This document shows positions 18,564 through 28,164 of a DNA stretch of 64,000 nucleotides, piece by piece. The notes below the pieces were generated by a model. It did not search any database. It worked only from the letters and a program-made list of their open reading frames with translations, and was not told the DNA's origin. The translations under genes and the position numbers were made by a program. Source of the stretch: an uncultured Agrococcus sp. (GTDB taxonomy: Bacteria > Actinomycetota > Actinomycetes > Actinomycetales > Microbacteriaceae); assembly GCF_945915485.1 (NCBI RefSeq), contig NZ_CAMEFJ010000006.1, forward strand, positions 918 to 64,917. The letters run 5' to 3'. Numbering within the stretch: position 1 is the first letter of the stretch; each line of letters begins with the position of its first letter.

Positions 18564-21266
18564 TCACGCCGTCAAAGTTCGCACCTTTCGCCGGTGCCAG
18601 ATCAGGGCGGCGAGTGCCAGTGCCACGAGCACCGCTCCGATGATGAAGAACAGATCGGCTCCGAGACCGCCGGTCAGCGGTATCGCCAAGGCATCTCGCT
18701 GCTGGTTCTCGACCGAGCCGAGATCGAGGTGCAACGTGTCGGAATCGCTTACTGGGCCGATGGTGAAGGCGATCTCTTCTCCGCTCAGCTGGTAGCCCGC
18801 GGGGGCTCGAGCCTCAACGAGCGTGTAGTCGCCCCAGACGAGATCTTCGAGCAGGAACGCGCCTGCTGCGCCGTCCTGGTCGGGCCCGTCGGCATTCGGC
18901 GCGGTTCCCTCGAAGTCGACGACCTCAATCCCGTCTGTGTCGCTGCCCGGCCCCGTCAGCAGCCACTCGGAGCCTGACAAGAGGACTCCGGAACCGGCTG
19001 CGATCTTGTCCCAGGTTACGGAGCCGGGCAGGTCTTTGTTGGTGAACGTGCAGACCACGTCTGCTCCGACACCGATGGTGATTCGCTGGTCGGCGTCGAC
19101 CGGCACATCCGTGCCCGTCGCGCGATCAACGCACACCAGGCTCTCGAGCACATAGCCGAGTTCTTTCGCCCCGTAGTCAGGTAGCAGCGATTCACTCAGC
19201 GTGTACTGCCCCGGCTCCACGGCGACGTCTGTCACAGCGGCGCTGTCGGTGACACCGCTCACACCCGTTGTCGGCCCGTCAGCCTGCAGTAGCCACTGAT
19301 CGACTCCTGCATCGGGGTCGAACTGCGTCAGCAGTTCCTTCTCGAGTGTGAGCGTTGAATCGCAGGTTACGGTGTTTCGCACGAGGATGCTGTTGACGTT
19401 CTCCGTCTGCCCCGTCGTCTGCCCCGTGGCGGTGAGACGATGCGCGTACCCGTTGCTGAAATCGTGCGATGCGGCATCACCATTGATACGAGTGATGCGT
19501 TCGCTGTCGACGGTGCAGTGAGCAAGCTCGGAGCTGATCGTCACGGTTTCTGCCAGATTGACCAGCTGACCGACCACGAGACCGCCGTGGACATCACCCC
19601 AAGCAAGGGAGCTGCCGTTCACCGTGAGCTGTGTGTCGAGCCCCTCCGGCTGGTCGCCATGCTGATAAACCGTGCCGTTGACCGCCCACTCTTTATCGAC
19701 GATCAGACCGGCGTTCTTCGTCGCATTCGTGATCGTGCAAACGGTGTCACCCGTCTGGTTCGGGGTCGAGATCTGGAAGCTGAAACCGCTCCCGCTGCCT
19801 AGTTGCTGCTGACTTCCTCCGACAGCGGTAAATACACAAGCCCAGGTCGCCTGGTAGTCCTCAAGTGCCGAGGGCCCTTCGTCGATGGTTTCGCTAATGC
19901 GGTAGCTCTGATTCGTGCGCGCAATCACTGGGCCGAGCTGAGTGCTGGTGCTCGCACCCTCTGTCGTCACGGAAGCGAAAGGTGGTTCGTTTCCGGTCGC
20001 AATGCTGATGGTGAATTGATCCTCAGCGTCCGCGCGTAACGGCAGCTCCTTGATCACCGTGATCGTGGGTGGCTGCTGGCAGGAAGCCAAGTCCGTGCTG
20101 CTGCCGAGCCCTGAGAGCGTCGGGCGACCAGGAACCTGGGCAAAGCCGTTACTGGGGTCGAGGAAGAACGCCTGGTTGCCGGTACCGATAATCACGGTTC
20201 CGTCGCTGTCGACGGCAACACCATTTGCAGCCGTGCCACCCAGATTCACGGGAGCCTGATTCGTCCGTGCGACGATCTGCGGGTTTCCGCTATTGATCGA
20301 GGCACCGGAGATCGTGTAGATGGCGGCCGTGGGATTCGTCCCGGAGTCGGAGCGCAGCAGGAACAGGTCACCCGTTGCACTGAATGCGAAGTCCCCGTTG
20401 GCGGGCGAAAGCTCTGATCTACTGGAGTCCACTTGCACGCTGCCTACACTTTGCGCTTGTTCAGTGGCCGGGTCAAAGCTGAACAGGTGGAAGTGGAGTG
20501 TGTATTCGGTGTAGCCGATCGGCCAAAACCCTACGTACTGGTTTGATGTGCTGTACACGCCGTAGAAGTACTTTCCGCTCGCGTTGTCGAATGCACCGGC
20601 GATGAAGTTTGTTCCGTTGAAGCCTCCACGGGGTGCGTTCTGCAATACGCGCTGAACACCGGTCTCAGTCCATCGATAAATGCCGAGATTGTTCTGGGTT
20701 CGGGAATATCCGTACATCGTCGAACCGTCACCGGTGAGCGCGAGTCCGTTGAAAGACGTGCCTTGATTCGGAGCACTCGCGAACGTGGTGATTTGCCCAC
20801 CGCTGGTGATCTGACGGATCGAACCGTTGGTCTGTATGGAATAGAACTGACCGGGCGAGCACGATGCCCAAGAAGACTCTTGCAGCAACATGCGGTCATC
20901 AACGCGAGACCTCTCATTCAATTGAGAAGGGGTTTCCTCAACGGTCTCGGTCGGCGTCGGCTCTACGGGAGCGGGCTCACGAGTCGGCTCGGGCTCGACG
21001 TTCTCCGACGGCGTGGGCTCGACGCTCGGCTCGACTTCGGTATCGTCGGACGGCCGAGGTTCGGCGCTCGGGTCGGTGTCAGCGGCAGCGAGCGGCGCAT
21101 GCGTTTCGTGCTGCTCAGCGGGTTCCGACACCGGGTCTTCTTGGGCGTTCGCCAGGGGTACATGGTCGAGCATGCTGATAGCGGTCACCGCGGCAACCGC
21201 ACCGATGAGTAGCTTCGTCGCTCGGCGCAACAGTGGCCGTGAGCTCCGTGTGACTACGTGTTCCAC
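18564..21266 (-). CDS. Tip pilin / fimbrial adhesin
   Basis: Signal peptide, P/E-rich stalk, beta-rich N-terminal domain, several Cys-paired Ig-like repeats, E-box YTLVEARAPAGY, IPLTG + TM + RRK. Confidence 0.85.
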   Translation of the reverse strand: MEHVVTRSSRPLLRRATKLLIGAVAAVTAISMLDHVPLANAQEDPVSEPAEQHETHAPLAAADTDPSAEPRPSDDTEVEPSVEPTPSENVEPEPTREPAPVEPTPTETVEETPSQLNERSRVDDRMLLQESSWASCSPGQFYSIQTNGSIRQITSGGQITTFASAPNQGTSFNGLALTGDGSTMYGYSRTQNNLGIYRWTETGVQRVLQNAPRGGFNGTNFIAGAFDNASGKYFYGVYSTSNQYVGFWPIGYTEYTLHFHLFSFDPATEQAQSVGSVQVDSSRSELSPANGDFAFSATGDLFLLRSDSGTNPTAAIYTISGASINSGNPQIVARTNQAPVNLGGTAANGVAVDSDGTVIIGTGNQAFFLDPSNGFAQVPGRPTLSGLGSSTDLASCQQPPTITVIKELPLRADAEDQFTISIATGNEPPFASVTTEGASTSTQLGPVIARTNQSYRISETIDEGPSALEDYQATWACVFTAVGGSQQQLGSGSGFSFQISTPNQTGDTVCTITNATKNAGLIVDKEWAVNGTVYQHGDQPEGLDTQLTVNGSSLAWGDVHGGLVVGQLVNLAETVTISSELAHCTVDSERITRINGDAASHDFSNGYAHRLTATGQTTGQTENVNSILVRNTVTCDSTLTLEKELLTQFDPDAGVDQWLLQADGPTTGVSGVTDSAAVTDVAVEPGQYTLSESLLPDYGAKELGYVLESLVCVDRATGTDVPVDADQRITIGVGADVVCTFTNKDLPGSVTWDKIAAGSGVLLSGSEWLLTGPGSDTDGIEVVDFEGTAPNADGPDQDGAAGAFLLEDLVWGDYTLVEARAPAGYQLSGEEIAFTIGPVSDSDTLHLDLGSVENQQRDALAIPLTGGLGADLFFIIGAVLVALALAALIWHRRKVRTLTA

Positions 21267-21689
21267 AAAGGTTCCTAACGCTCATTGGGGCACAATTGCC
21301 AGAGGGGCAGCGCCGCACAGCGTGGTGCAAATTTTTGAGGGGATCTCTCACTGGACGAGTCTCGAAGAGGGCTGGTGTCGCGTGAGTGTAAGGGACGTGT
21401 TGCTGCGCTCAATGTACACACGACTAGCGACTAATGTCTAGTTTTATAGAAACTTAAGTAGCTTTATAACCAAGACTCTACAATTGAGTGGACGTTTCTC
21501 TGTAGATATTCGTCAATAGCATCGCGTTTAAAGTCGCACACGACGATGTCGCCTCGAGGCACCACAACCTACGCAAGCGCGTTCCGGCCCTCCGGGTTCG
21601 ACCGCTTGAAGAACGAATCATCCTCGGGAGCAATCTCGCGTCATGCCGTGCCGACCGACGCGGGCGCTACTGCACGGCTACGTTGCGCG

Positions 21690-22214
21690 TTACGCCGCCC
21701 CGGACGCGCAAGCACCTTTGCGGCGCAGGAGCGAACGCACCGTGTGCCACGTCCCGAGCACTCCCACCAGGAACGGAAGCGCCCCGAACAGCACATAGAT
21801 GCCGAATCGAGACCCAAGCCATCCGCTCTCCGATGCGGCAGCGACGATAACGAGCATCACCGCGTTGATGCCGCCCGGAACGAAAACACCGGCGAACGAC
21901 GCAAATGACGTGGCAATAGGGATCATGACTGCGATGGCTGCACCGGCGATGGCGATCACCAAGACCGGGCGCTGCCCTGCGAGCAGGAGACGCCATACGA
22001 GCCACGCCAGTACTGCCCCGGCACCTAGGCCGAGGAGTGCTCCGATGATGCCGCTCACGACCGCCAAGAACGCCCAACCGCTACTGCCCGTGAAAAAGGC
22101 AAGGCCAATGAACGTGACACCGGTTGTGCAACCTGCGACTCCTCCCCATCGGAGTCCGCGTGCCATCAGGAACTTGCGATCCCGATGATCCGGGTTTCTG
22201 GCCTCCCCCGTCAT
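21690..22214 (-). CDS. Hypothetical multi-TM membrane protein
   Basis: 174 aa, hydrophobic; shares FL..RG..WG..AG..T pattern with 15493-15975. Confidence 0.65.
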   Translation of the reverse strand: MTGEARNPDHRDRKFLMARGLRWGGVAGCTTGVTFIGLAFFTGSSGWAFLAVVSGIIGALLGLGAGAVLAWLVWRLLLAGQRPVLVIAIAGAAIAVMIPIATSFASFAGVFVPGGINAVMLVIVAAASESGWLGSRFGIYVLFGALPFLVGVLGTWHTVRSLLRRKGACASGAA

Positions 22215-22296
22215 GCCGTCGCGTCTCGCTCTTGTTCAGTGAGCGCAGTCTTACGGCACACGAGGCCTCGCAGCGTGAACCACATCCCGAAGACTG

Positions 22297-23589
22297 CTAG
22301 GAGGAGATCCTGTCTCGCACGATCGGCTGCCTGTCGAACGACGTCCCTGCCGGCGCGATCTCGTAGGCGCCCTCGACCGCGTCGAGCGCTCGCTCGAACC
22401 GCGCCGCATCATTCGCAGCGAGCGTGAAGAGCGGTTGCCCGGCACGCACCTCGTCACCGGGTTTCGCGTGCAGATCGATGCCCGCCGCGTGGACGACCTC
22501 GTCGGATGCTCGTGCACGGCCGGCGCCAAGCCGCCAGGCCGCGACGCCGAACGGCAGCGCATCCTGACGTACGAGCACGCCGTCCTGTTCGGCGACGACG
22601 GTGTGCGTTTCGTTGGGCGTCGGGAGAGCCGCATCGGGGTCGCCGCCCTGCGCTTCGACGAATTGCCGCCACGTGTCCATCGCACGGCCGTCCTGCAGGG
22701 CGGCTTCGACATCCGCATCCGGCTGCCCGACCGAGGCGAGCATCTCGCGAGCCAGGGCGACCGTCAGTTCGACGACATCTGCGGGTCCGCCGCCGGCGAG
22801 CACCTCGACGGATTCGCGCACCTCGTTCGCGTTGCCGATCGTGAGGCCGAGCGGAGTCTCCATGCTGGTGAGCAGCGCGCTCGTCTCGACACCGGCATCC
22901 GTGCCGAGCGCCACCATGGTGCGCGCCAGCTCACGGGCACGCTCCTCCTCGCGCATGAACGCGCCGGAGCCGAACTTCACGTCGAGCACGAGCGCGCTCG
23001 TGCCCTCGGCGATCTTCTTCGACATGATGGACGACGCGATCAGCGGAATCGCCTCGACCGTGCCGGTGATGTCGCGCAGCGCGTAGAGTCGCTTGTCCGC
23101 GGGCGCGAGCCCCTTGCCCGCTGCGCAGATAACACCGCCGAGCCCTTCGAGCTGCTGCAGAATCTGCTCGTTCGACAGCTCTGCGCGCCAGCCGGGGATC
23201 GACTCGAGCTTGTCGAGCGTGCCACCCGTATGGCCGAGCCCGCGGCCCGAGAGCTGCGGTACCGCGACACCGAAGCACGCGACGAGCGGCATGAGCGGCA
23301 GCGTGATCTTGTCGCCGACACCACCCGTGGAGTGCTTGTCGACCGTGGGCTTCGACAACGACGAGAAGTCCATGCGCTCGCCGGAGTGGATCATCGCCTG
23401 CGTCATATCGAAGATCTCGCGACGCTCCATGCCGTTCAGGAAGATCGCCATGATGAGCGCGGACATCTGCGCGTCGTCAACGTATTCGCGCGTGTACGCG
23501 TCGATGAGCCAGTCGATCTGCTCGGTCGACAGCGCGGCGCGATCCCGCTTCGAACGGATGATGTCGACGACATCGAATGCTTCAACCAC
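22297..23589 (-). CDS. deoA: Thymidine/pyrimidine-nucleoside phosphorylase
   Basis: DKHSTGGVGDK, SGRGLGHTGGTLDKLE, SSIMSKKIAEG. Confidence 0.96.
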   Translation of the reverse strand: MVEAFDVVDIIRSKRDRAALSTEQIDWLIDAYTREYVDDAQMSALIMAIFLNGMERREIFDMTQAMIHSGERMDFSSLSKPTVDKHSTGGVGDKITLPLMPLVACFGVAVPQLSGRGLGHTGGTLDKLESIPGWRAELSNEQILQQLEGLGGVICAAGKGLAPADKRLYALRDITGTVEAIPLIASSIMSKKIAEGTSALVLDVKFGSGAFMREEERARELARTMVALGTDAGVETSALLTSMETPLGLTIGNANEVRESVEVLAGGGPADVVELTVALAREMLASVGQPDADVEAALQDGRAMDTWRQFVEAQGGDPDAALPTPNETHTVVAEQDGVLVRQDALPFGVAAWRLGAGRARASDEVVHAAGIDLHAKPGDEVRAGQPLFTLAANDAARFERALDAVEGAYEIAPAGTSFDRQPIVRDRISS

Positions 23590-23992
23590 TGGTTCCCTTT
23601 CGGTACTCTTCGAGTGAGCGCGGGCCGAATCCGTCCGGCAGCACTTCGTCCATCGTGCGGATGCCCGACACCGTCAGCAGCTCGGTCTCGTCGCTCGAGT
23701 GCTCGAACAGCAGCTGCCGGCACCTCCCGCACGGCATGATCACGTCACCGGCGCCGTTCACGCAGACGAAGGCGCGAATCGTGCCGCCACCGGTCATGAA
23801 CAGCTGTGAGACGAGAGAGCACTCCGCGCACAGCGTGACCCCGTAACCGGCATTCTCGATATTGCAACCGGCCACGAGACGACCGTCATCGGCGATCGCA
23901 GCGGCGCCGACGGGATATCCGGAGTACGGCACGTAGGCGTGCTTCGTCGCATCGTGCGCCGCTGACTGCAGCGCTTCCCAATCGATCGTCAT
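23582..23992 (-). CDS. cdd: Cytidine deaminase
   Basis: YVPYSGYPVGAA, GCNIENA, LCAE, PCGRCRQ zinc motif. Confidence 0.96.
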   Translation of the reverse strand: MTIDWEALQSAAHDATKHAYVPYSGYPVGAAAIADDGRLVAGCNIENAGYGVTLCAECSLVSQLFMTGGGTIRAFVCVNGAGDVIMPCGRCRQLLFEHSSDETELLTVSGIRTMDEVLPDGFGPRSLEEYRKGTSG

Positions 23993-23995
23993 CGG

Positions 23996-25309
23996 CTACT
24001 GCTTCGCATACGGTTTACCGCTCGCAGCAGGCGCCTTCGAGAGCCCGATGAAGCCCGTGACCGCGAGAATCGTGATGATGTACGGCAGCATGAGCAGCAG
24101 CTCGCTCGGCACCTGACTTCCCGCCGCCGAGAGCGTCTGCTCGAGGGCTCTCGCGAATCCGAACAGCAGCGCTGCGAACGTCGCCTTGAGCGGATGCCAC
24201 TTACCGAAGATCACGGCCGCGAGCGCGATATACCCGAGCCCGCCCGTCATCTCCTTCGTGAACTGGCCAGTCTGGTCGAGCGTGAAGTACGCGCCGCCGA
24301 GGCCCGCAATGGCGCCCGCGAGCGAAACGTTCCAGAACCGCCATCGGCGCACTCGGATGCCGACCGTGTCTGCCGCCAGCGGGTGCTCGCCGAGCGCCCT
24401 GGTACGCAGACCCCACGTGCTGTTGAACATCGCGATCGTGATGATGATGACGGCCGCATACATCAGGTAGACGATGATCGTCTGGCTGAAGAACGTCGGA
24501 CCGATGATCGGAATCTGCGAAAGACCGGGGATCGGCAGACGCGGCAGGCGGCCGGACGAGTTCAGTTCGGGGTTCTCCGACATGACGGTCGAGTAGAAGA
24601 ACCCGGTCAGCCCGACGACGAGCACGTTCAGCACGACGCCGACGATGACCTGCTCGACCAGGTAGCGGACGGCGAAGGCCGCCAGCACGAACGAGACGAG
24701 CATCCCGGCCGCCATCGCCCCGATCAGGCCGGCTGTGAGGCTGCCCGTGATGGATGCGACGAGCGCGCCGGAGAACGCGCCGGAGAGCAGCTGCGCCTCG
24801 ATGGCGATGTTGACGATACCCGAACGCTCGGAGATCACACCGCCCATAGCACCGAAGATCAGCGGCACTGCGAGGCCGACGGAGGCGATCATGAGATCGG
24901 TGAACGAGAACGACTTGCCGGCTGCTGCCCAGGTGAGGAAGTCGATGATGAAGAGTGCTCCGAAGACGATGTAGAGCCAGCCCCACACCTTCTGCCGCTG
25001 GATCGTGCGCATGATCGCGAAGGCCGAGATGACCGCCATGATGCCCGTCGCGACGATACCGACGACGCGGACACCGAGCGTGAGGTCGGGGAGCAGGAAG
25101 AAATCGTTCGGCCTTGCGAATCGGAAGACGGTCGATTCGTCGTTCCCGAAGCCGACCGTCAGCACGAACGCGACGATCGTGAGCGACGTCAGCGCGACCG
25201 CGGGCCGCCATTTCCGTACCTGCACCCGCTCGAGGTGCACCTCCTGCTCGGGAACACCGGCTTCGTGTTCTGTGAGCTGTGCGCTGTTCTGCGCCGGTGT
25301 GTTGGTCAC
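23996..25309 (-). CDS. Nucleoside ABC transporter permease (NupC-like)
   Basis: GVISERSGIVNIAIE, WGLRTRALGEHP, GYIALAAVIFG. Confidence 0.9.
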   Translation of the reverse strand: MTNTPAQNSAQLTEHEAGVPEQEVHLERVQVRKWRPAVALTSLTIVAFVLTVGFGNDESTVFRFARPNDFFLLPDLTLGVRVVGIVATGIMAVISAFAIMRTIQRQKVWGWLYIVFGALFIIDFLTWAAAGKSFSFTDLMIASVGLAVPLIFGAMGGVISERSGIVNIAIEAQLLSGAFSGALVASITGSLTAGLIGAMAAGMLVSFVLAAFAVRYLVEQVIVGVVLNVLVVGLTGFFYSTVMSENPELNSSGRLPRLPIPGLSQIPIIGPTFFSQTIIVYLMYAAVIIITIAMFNSTWGLRTRALGEHPLAADTVGIRVRRWRFWNVSLAGAIAGLGGAYFTLDQTGQFTKEMTGGLGYIALAAVIFGKWHPLKATFAALLFGFARALEQTLSAAGSQVPSELLLMLPYIITILAVTGFIGLSKAPAASGKPYAKQ

Positions 25310-26529
25310 GAGCGTGCTCCCTTCGGGTAGAAGAAGATCGTCTTCACCAGCGCCGGGGCTGCGATGAACAGCACGATGAACGCCTGGAGCACGAGTACGA
25401 GGTCAATGGGGATCTGCTGCGCCGCCTGCATGTTGAAGCCGCCTGCCCGCATGGCTCCGAACAGGAGGCCCGCGACGAGTGTTCCCCACGGAGAGGATCT
25501 GCCTAACAGCGCGACGGTAATCGCCTCGAAACCGATGCCGGCGTCGATATTGGCCGTGAATCCGCTCGTGACCTGCCCCGCGACCTGCACGCCTCCTGCA
25601 AGGCCCATGAAAGCGCCTCCGAAGGCCATGGCGAGTGTCGTGACGAGCCCGACGTTCATGCCCGCCTGACGCGCGGCATCCGGATTCAACCCGACGGCCC
25701 GGAACTGATACCCGAGGTTCGAACGCTCGATGAACCACCAGTACAGGATCACGACCGCGATCGCGATCAGGATGCCTGCGTGCACGCGGAAGCCGGGCAA
25801 CGAGTGCAGGATGGCGGTGTCCATCATGGGGGGCGAGACCGGGTTGTTGTTTTCCTGGTTTCGCAGCAGGTCCGGGTTACGGAGCGCGTACTGGATACCC
25901 AGGTACGCGACGTAGTTGAGCATGATCGTCAGGATCACCTCGTGAGCGCCCGTTCGTGCCTTGAGCAAGCCGACGATCCCGCCCCAGAGCGCTCCCGCAA
26001 GAGCGCCGGCGATCAACGCGACCGCGACGTGCAGGACGGGAGGCAGCGGCACGGTGAAGCCCACCCAGCCGGCGACACCCGCGCCGACCAGCATCTGGCC
26101 ACGGCCACCGATGTTGAAGAGACCGACCTTGAACGCGATCGCGACGCCGAGACCGGCGATGATGAGCGGAGCCGCGTAGTAGAGCGTCGTCGACAGCGGT
26201 GCGAGCACCTGCTGCACCGAGTCCATGCGGTTCGGGTTGAAGATCGCACCCTGGAAGAGCGAAATATACGCACCCGAGACTGCCTGCCACAGCGCTGCGA
26301 ACGTGTCTCCCGGGCGCGCGAAGAAGTACCCCGCGGCCTCCGCAACGCGGGGGTTCGTGAAACCGATGAGGATGGCGCCCACGACAAGTGAAGCGAGCAC
26401 CGCGAGCACCGACAGCATCGGTGTCCCGTTGAAGAGCCGGTGGAGGAGCTCGCGGCCGACGTCACGGCGGGGCGCGTCCTCGGTCGGGGGCTCGGGAACA
26501 GCGGCCTGCTGGGCGACCTGATTGCTCAT
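25306..26529 (-). CDS. Nucleoside ABC transporter permease (NupB-like)
   Basis: GLFNIGGRGQ, HEVILTIMLNY, GFEAITVALLG. Confidence 0.9.
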   Translation of the reverse strand: MSNQVAQQAAVPEPPTEDAPRRDVGRELLHRLFNGTPMLSVLAVLASLVVGAILIGFTNPRVAEAAGYFFARPGDTFAALWQAVSGAYISLFQGAIFNPNRMDSVQQVLAPLSTTLYYAAPLIIAGLGVAIAFKVGLFNIGGRGQMLVGAGVAGWVGFTVPLPPVLHVAVALIAGALAGALWGGIVGLLKARTGAHEVILTIMLNYVAYLGIQYALRNPDLLRNQENNNPVSPPMMDTAILHSLPGFRVHAGILIAIAVVILYWWFIERSNLGYQFRAVGLNPDAARQAGMNVGLVTTLAMAFGGAFMGLAGGVQVAGQVTSGFTANIDAGIGFEAITVALLGRSSPWGTLVAGLLFGAMRAGGFNMQAAQQIPIDLVLVLQAFIVLFIAAPALVKTIFFYPKGARS

Positions 26530-28049
26530 GCTTCGACCTCCTCAGCGGCCGGCTGCAAGTGTTTGGGAAGCTCGCCGGCCATCATGATGCCGAGGTCCTC
26601 TCGATCGGTGTCGGCCGGAACGATGCCGACGATGCCACCGCGGTACATGACGGCGATCCGGTCGGCGAGGCCGACGACTTCGTCGAGTTCAGTCGATACG
26701 ACGATGACGGGGATGCCCGAGTCGCGCGTCAGGATGATCTGCTTGTGCACGAACTCGATCGAGCCGACATCGAGCCCTCGCGTCGGCTGCGAAGCCACGA
26801 AGAGATCGAGTTCGCGCCCGAGCTCGCGCGCGAGCACGACTTTCTGCTGATTTCCGCCGGAGAGTGAGCTGGCCGGCGAATGAATGCTCTGCGCACGCAC
26901 GTCGTAGTCCTTCTTGGCCTGCTCGGCGAACTCGTCTCGCGTTGCGAAGTCGATTGTGGCGCCTTTGACGAAGGGGGCGCCGATGTAACGGTCGAGCATG
27001 ATGTTCTCGGCGACAGTGAACTCCGCGACGAGACCATCAACCTTGCGGTCCTCCGGCACGAATCCGACACCTGCGTCGAGCACTTCGCGCACCGACTTAC
27101 CCGTGAGTTCTGTTCCGTTGAGTGAAATCGTGCCGTTCTCGGCTTTGAGCAATCCGATGAGTGTCTCCGTCAGCTCCGTCTGGCCATTGCCTTGCACGCC
27201 GGCGACGCAGAGCACCTCTCCCCCGCGCACCGAGAAGGAGACATCATTGACGACCTTGTGCCCGACCTTGTCGAGCACCGTGAGGTTCTTCACGGCGAGG
27301 GCGTTGTCGGTCAGTTCGGCATCGCCTTTCTCGACGTTGAGCGAGACGGACCGCCCGACCATGAGCGACGCGAGCTCAGCACTCGAAGCGGTCGATTCGG
27401 CTGTTCCCACGATCTTTCCGAGGCGGATGACCGTGATCTTGTCGGCCACGGCCCTCACCTCACGCAGTTTGTGCGTGATGAAGACGATCGCCGTGCCTTC
27501 GTCGCGCAGTTGCCGCATGACCTCCATGAGCTCATCCGTCTCCTGCGGCGTCAGAACAGCCGTGGGCTCGTCGAACACCAGCACCCCGGCATCCAGCGAA
27601 AGCGCCTTGATGATCTCCACGCGCTGCTGCACACCGACCGCGAGGTCCTGCACGAGTGCGTCGGGGTCGATGTCGAAACCGAACCGCTCCGACAGCTCCT
27701 TCACCTTTTTGCGCGCGCCCTGTATGCCTCCGAGTCGGCGCTCGTGGCCGAGCAGCACGTTCTCCGCAACCGTGAAGACGGGGATCAGCATGAAGTGCTG
27801 GTGCACCATGCCGATTCCGGAGCGCATGGCGTCACCGGGGCTCGCGAAGTGCCGTGTTTTACCGTCGAGCAGGATCTCGCCCTCTTCGGCCCGATAGAGG
27901 CCGTAGAGAACGTTCATCAGCGTGGATTTCCCGGCACCGTTTTCGCCTAGCAGACAGTGGATCTCACCGGCTTCGACCGTAAGGTCGATGCTGTCGTTCG
28001 CGGTGAACGTGCCGAAGCGTTTTGTGATGCCTCGGAGTTCAAGCCTCAT
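26526..28049 (-). CDS. Nucleoside ABC transporter ATPase with tandem NBDs (NupA-like)
   Basis: GENGAGKST, GMVHQHF, LSGGNQQK, QPTRGLDVG. Confidence 0.93.
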   Translation of the reverse strand: MRLELRGITKRFGTFTANDSIDLTVEAGEIHCLLGENGAGKSTLMNVLYGLYRAEEGEILLDGKTRHFASPGDAMRSGIGMVHQHFMLIPVFTVAENVLLGHERRLGGIQGARKKVKELSERFGFDIDPDALVQDLAVGVQQRVEIIKALSLDAGVLVFDEPTAVLTPQETDELMEVMRQLRDEGTAIVFITHKLREVRAVADKITVIRLGKIVGTAESTASSAELASLMVGRSVSLNVEKGDAELTDNALAVKNLTVLDKVGHKVVNDVSFSVRGGEVLCVAGVQGNGQTELTETLIGLLKAENGTISLNGTELTGKSVREVLDAGVGFVPEDRKVDGLVAEFTVAENIMLDRYIGAPFVKGATIDFATRDEFAEQAKKDYDVRAQSIHSPASSLSGGNQQKVVLARELGRELDLFVASQPTRGLDVGSIEFVHKQIILTRDSGIPVIVVSTELDEVVGLADRIAVMYRGGIVGIVPADTDREDLGIMMAGELPKHLQPAAEEVEA

Positions 28050-28114
28050 CGCTCTATCCCTTCAGATGTTCTGATTAACCTAGCCCACGCGCACAAGCGA
28101 CTAGACCGGACAGC

Positions 28115-28150
28115 GGCGCCGGGGATCGAACTTGACCGATCCCCGGCGCC
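28115..28150 (-). terminator. Hairpin between BMP gene and ATPase gene
   Basis: GGCGCCGGGGATCG ... CGATCCCCGGCGCC 14-bp perfect arms. Confidence 0.65.
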
Positions 28151-28164
28151 TCCGGTTGTGCCGC

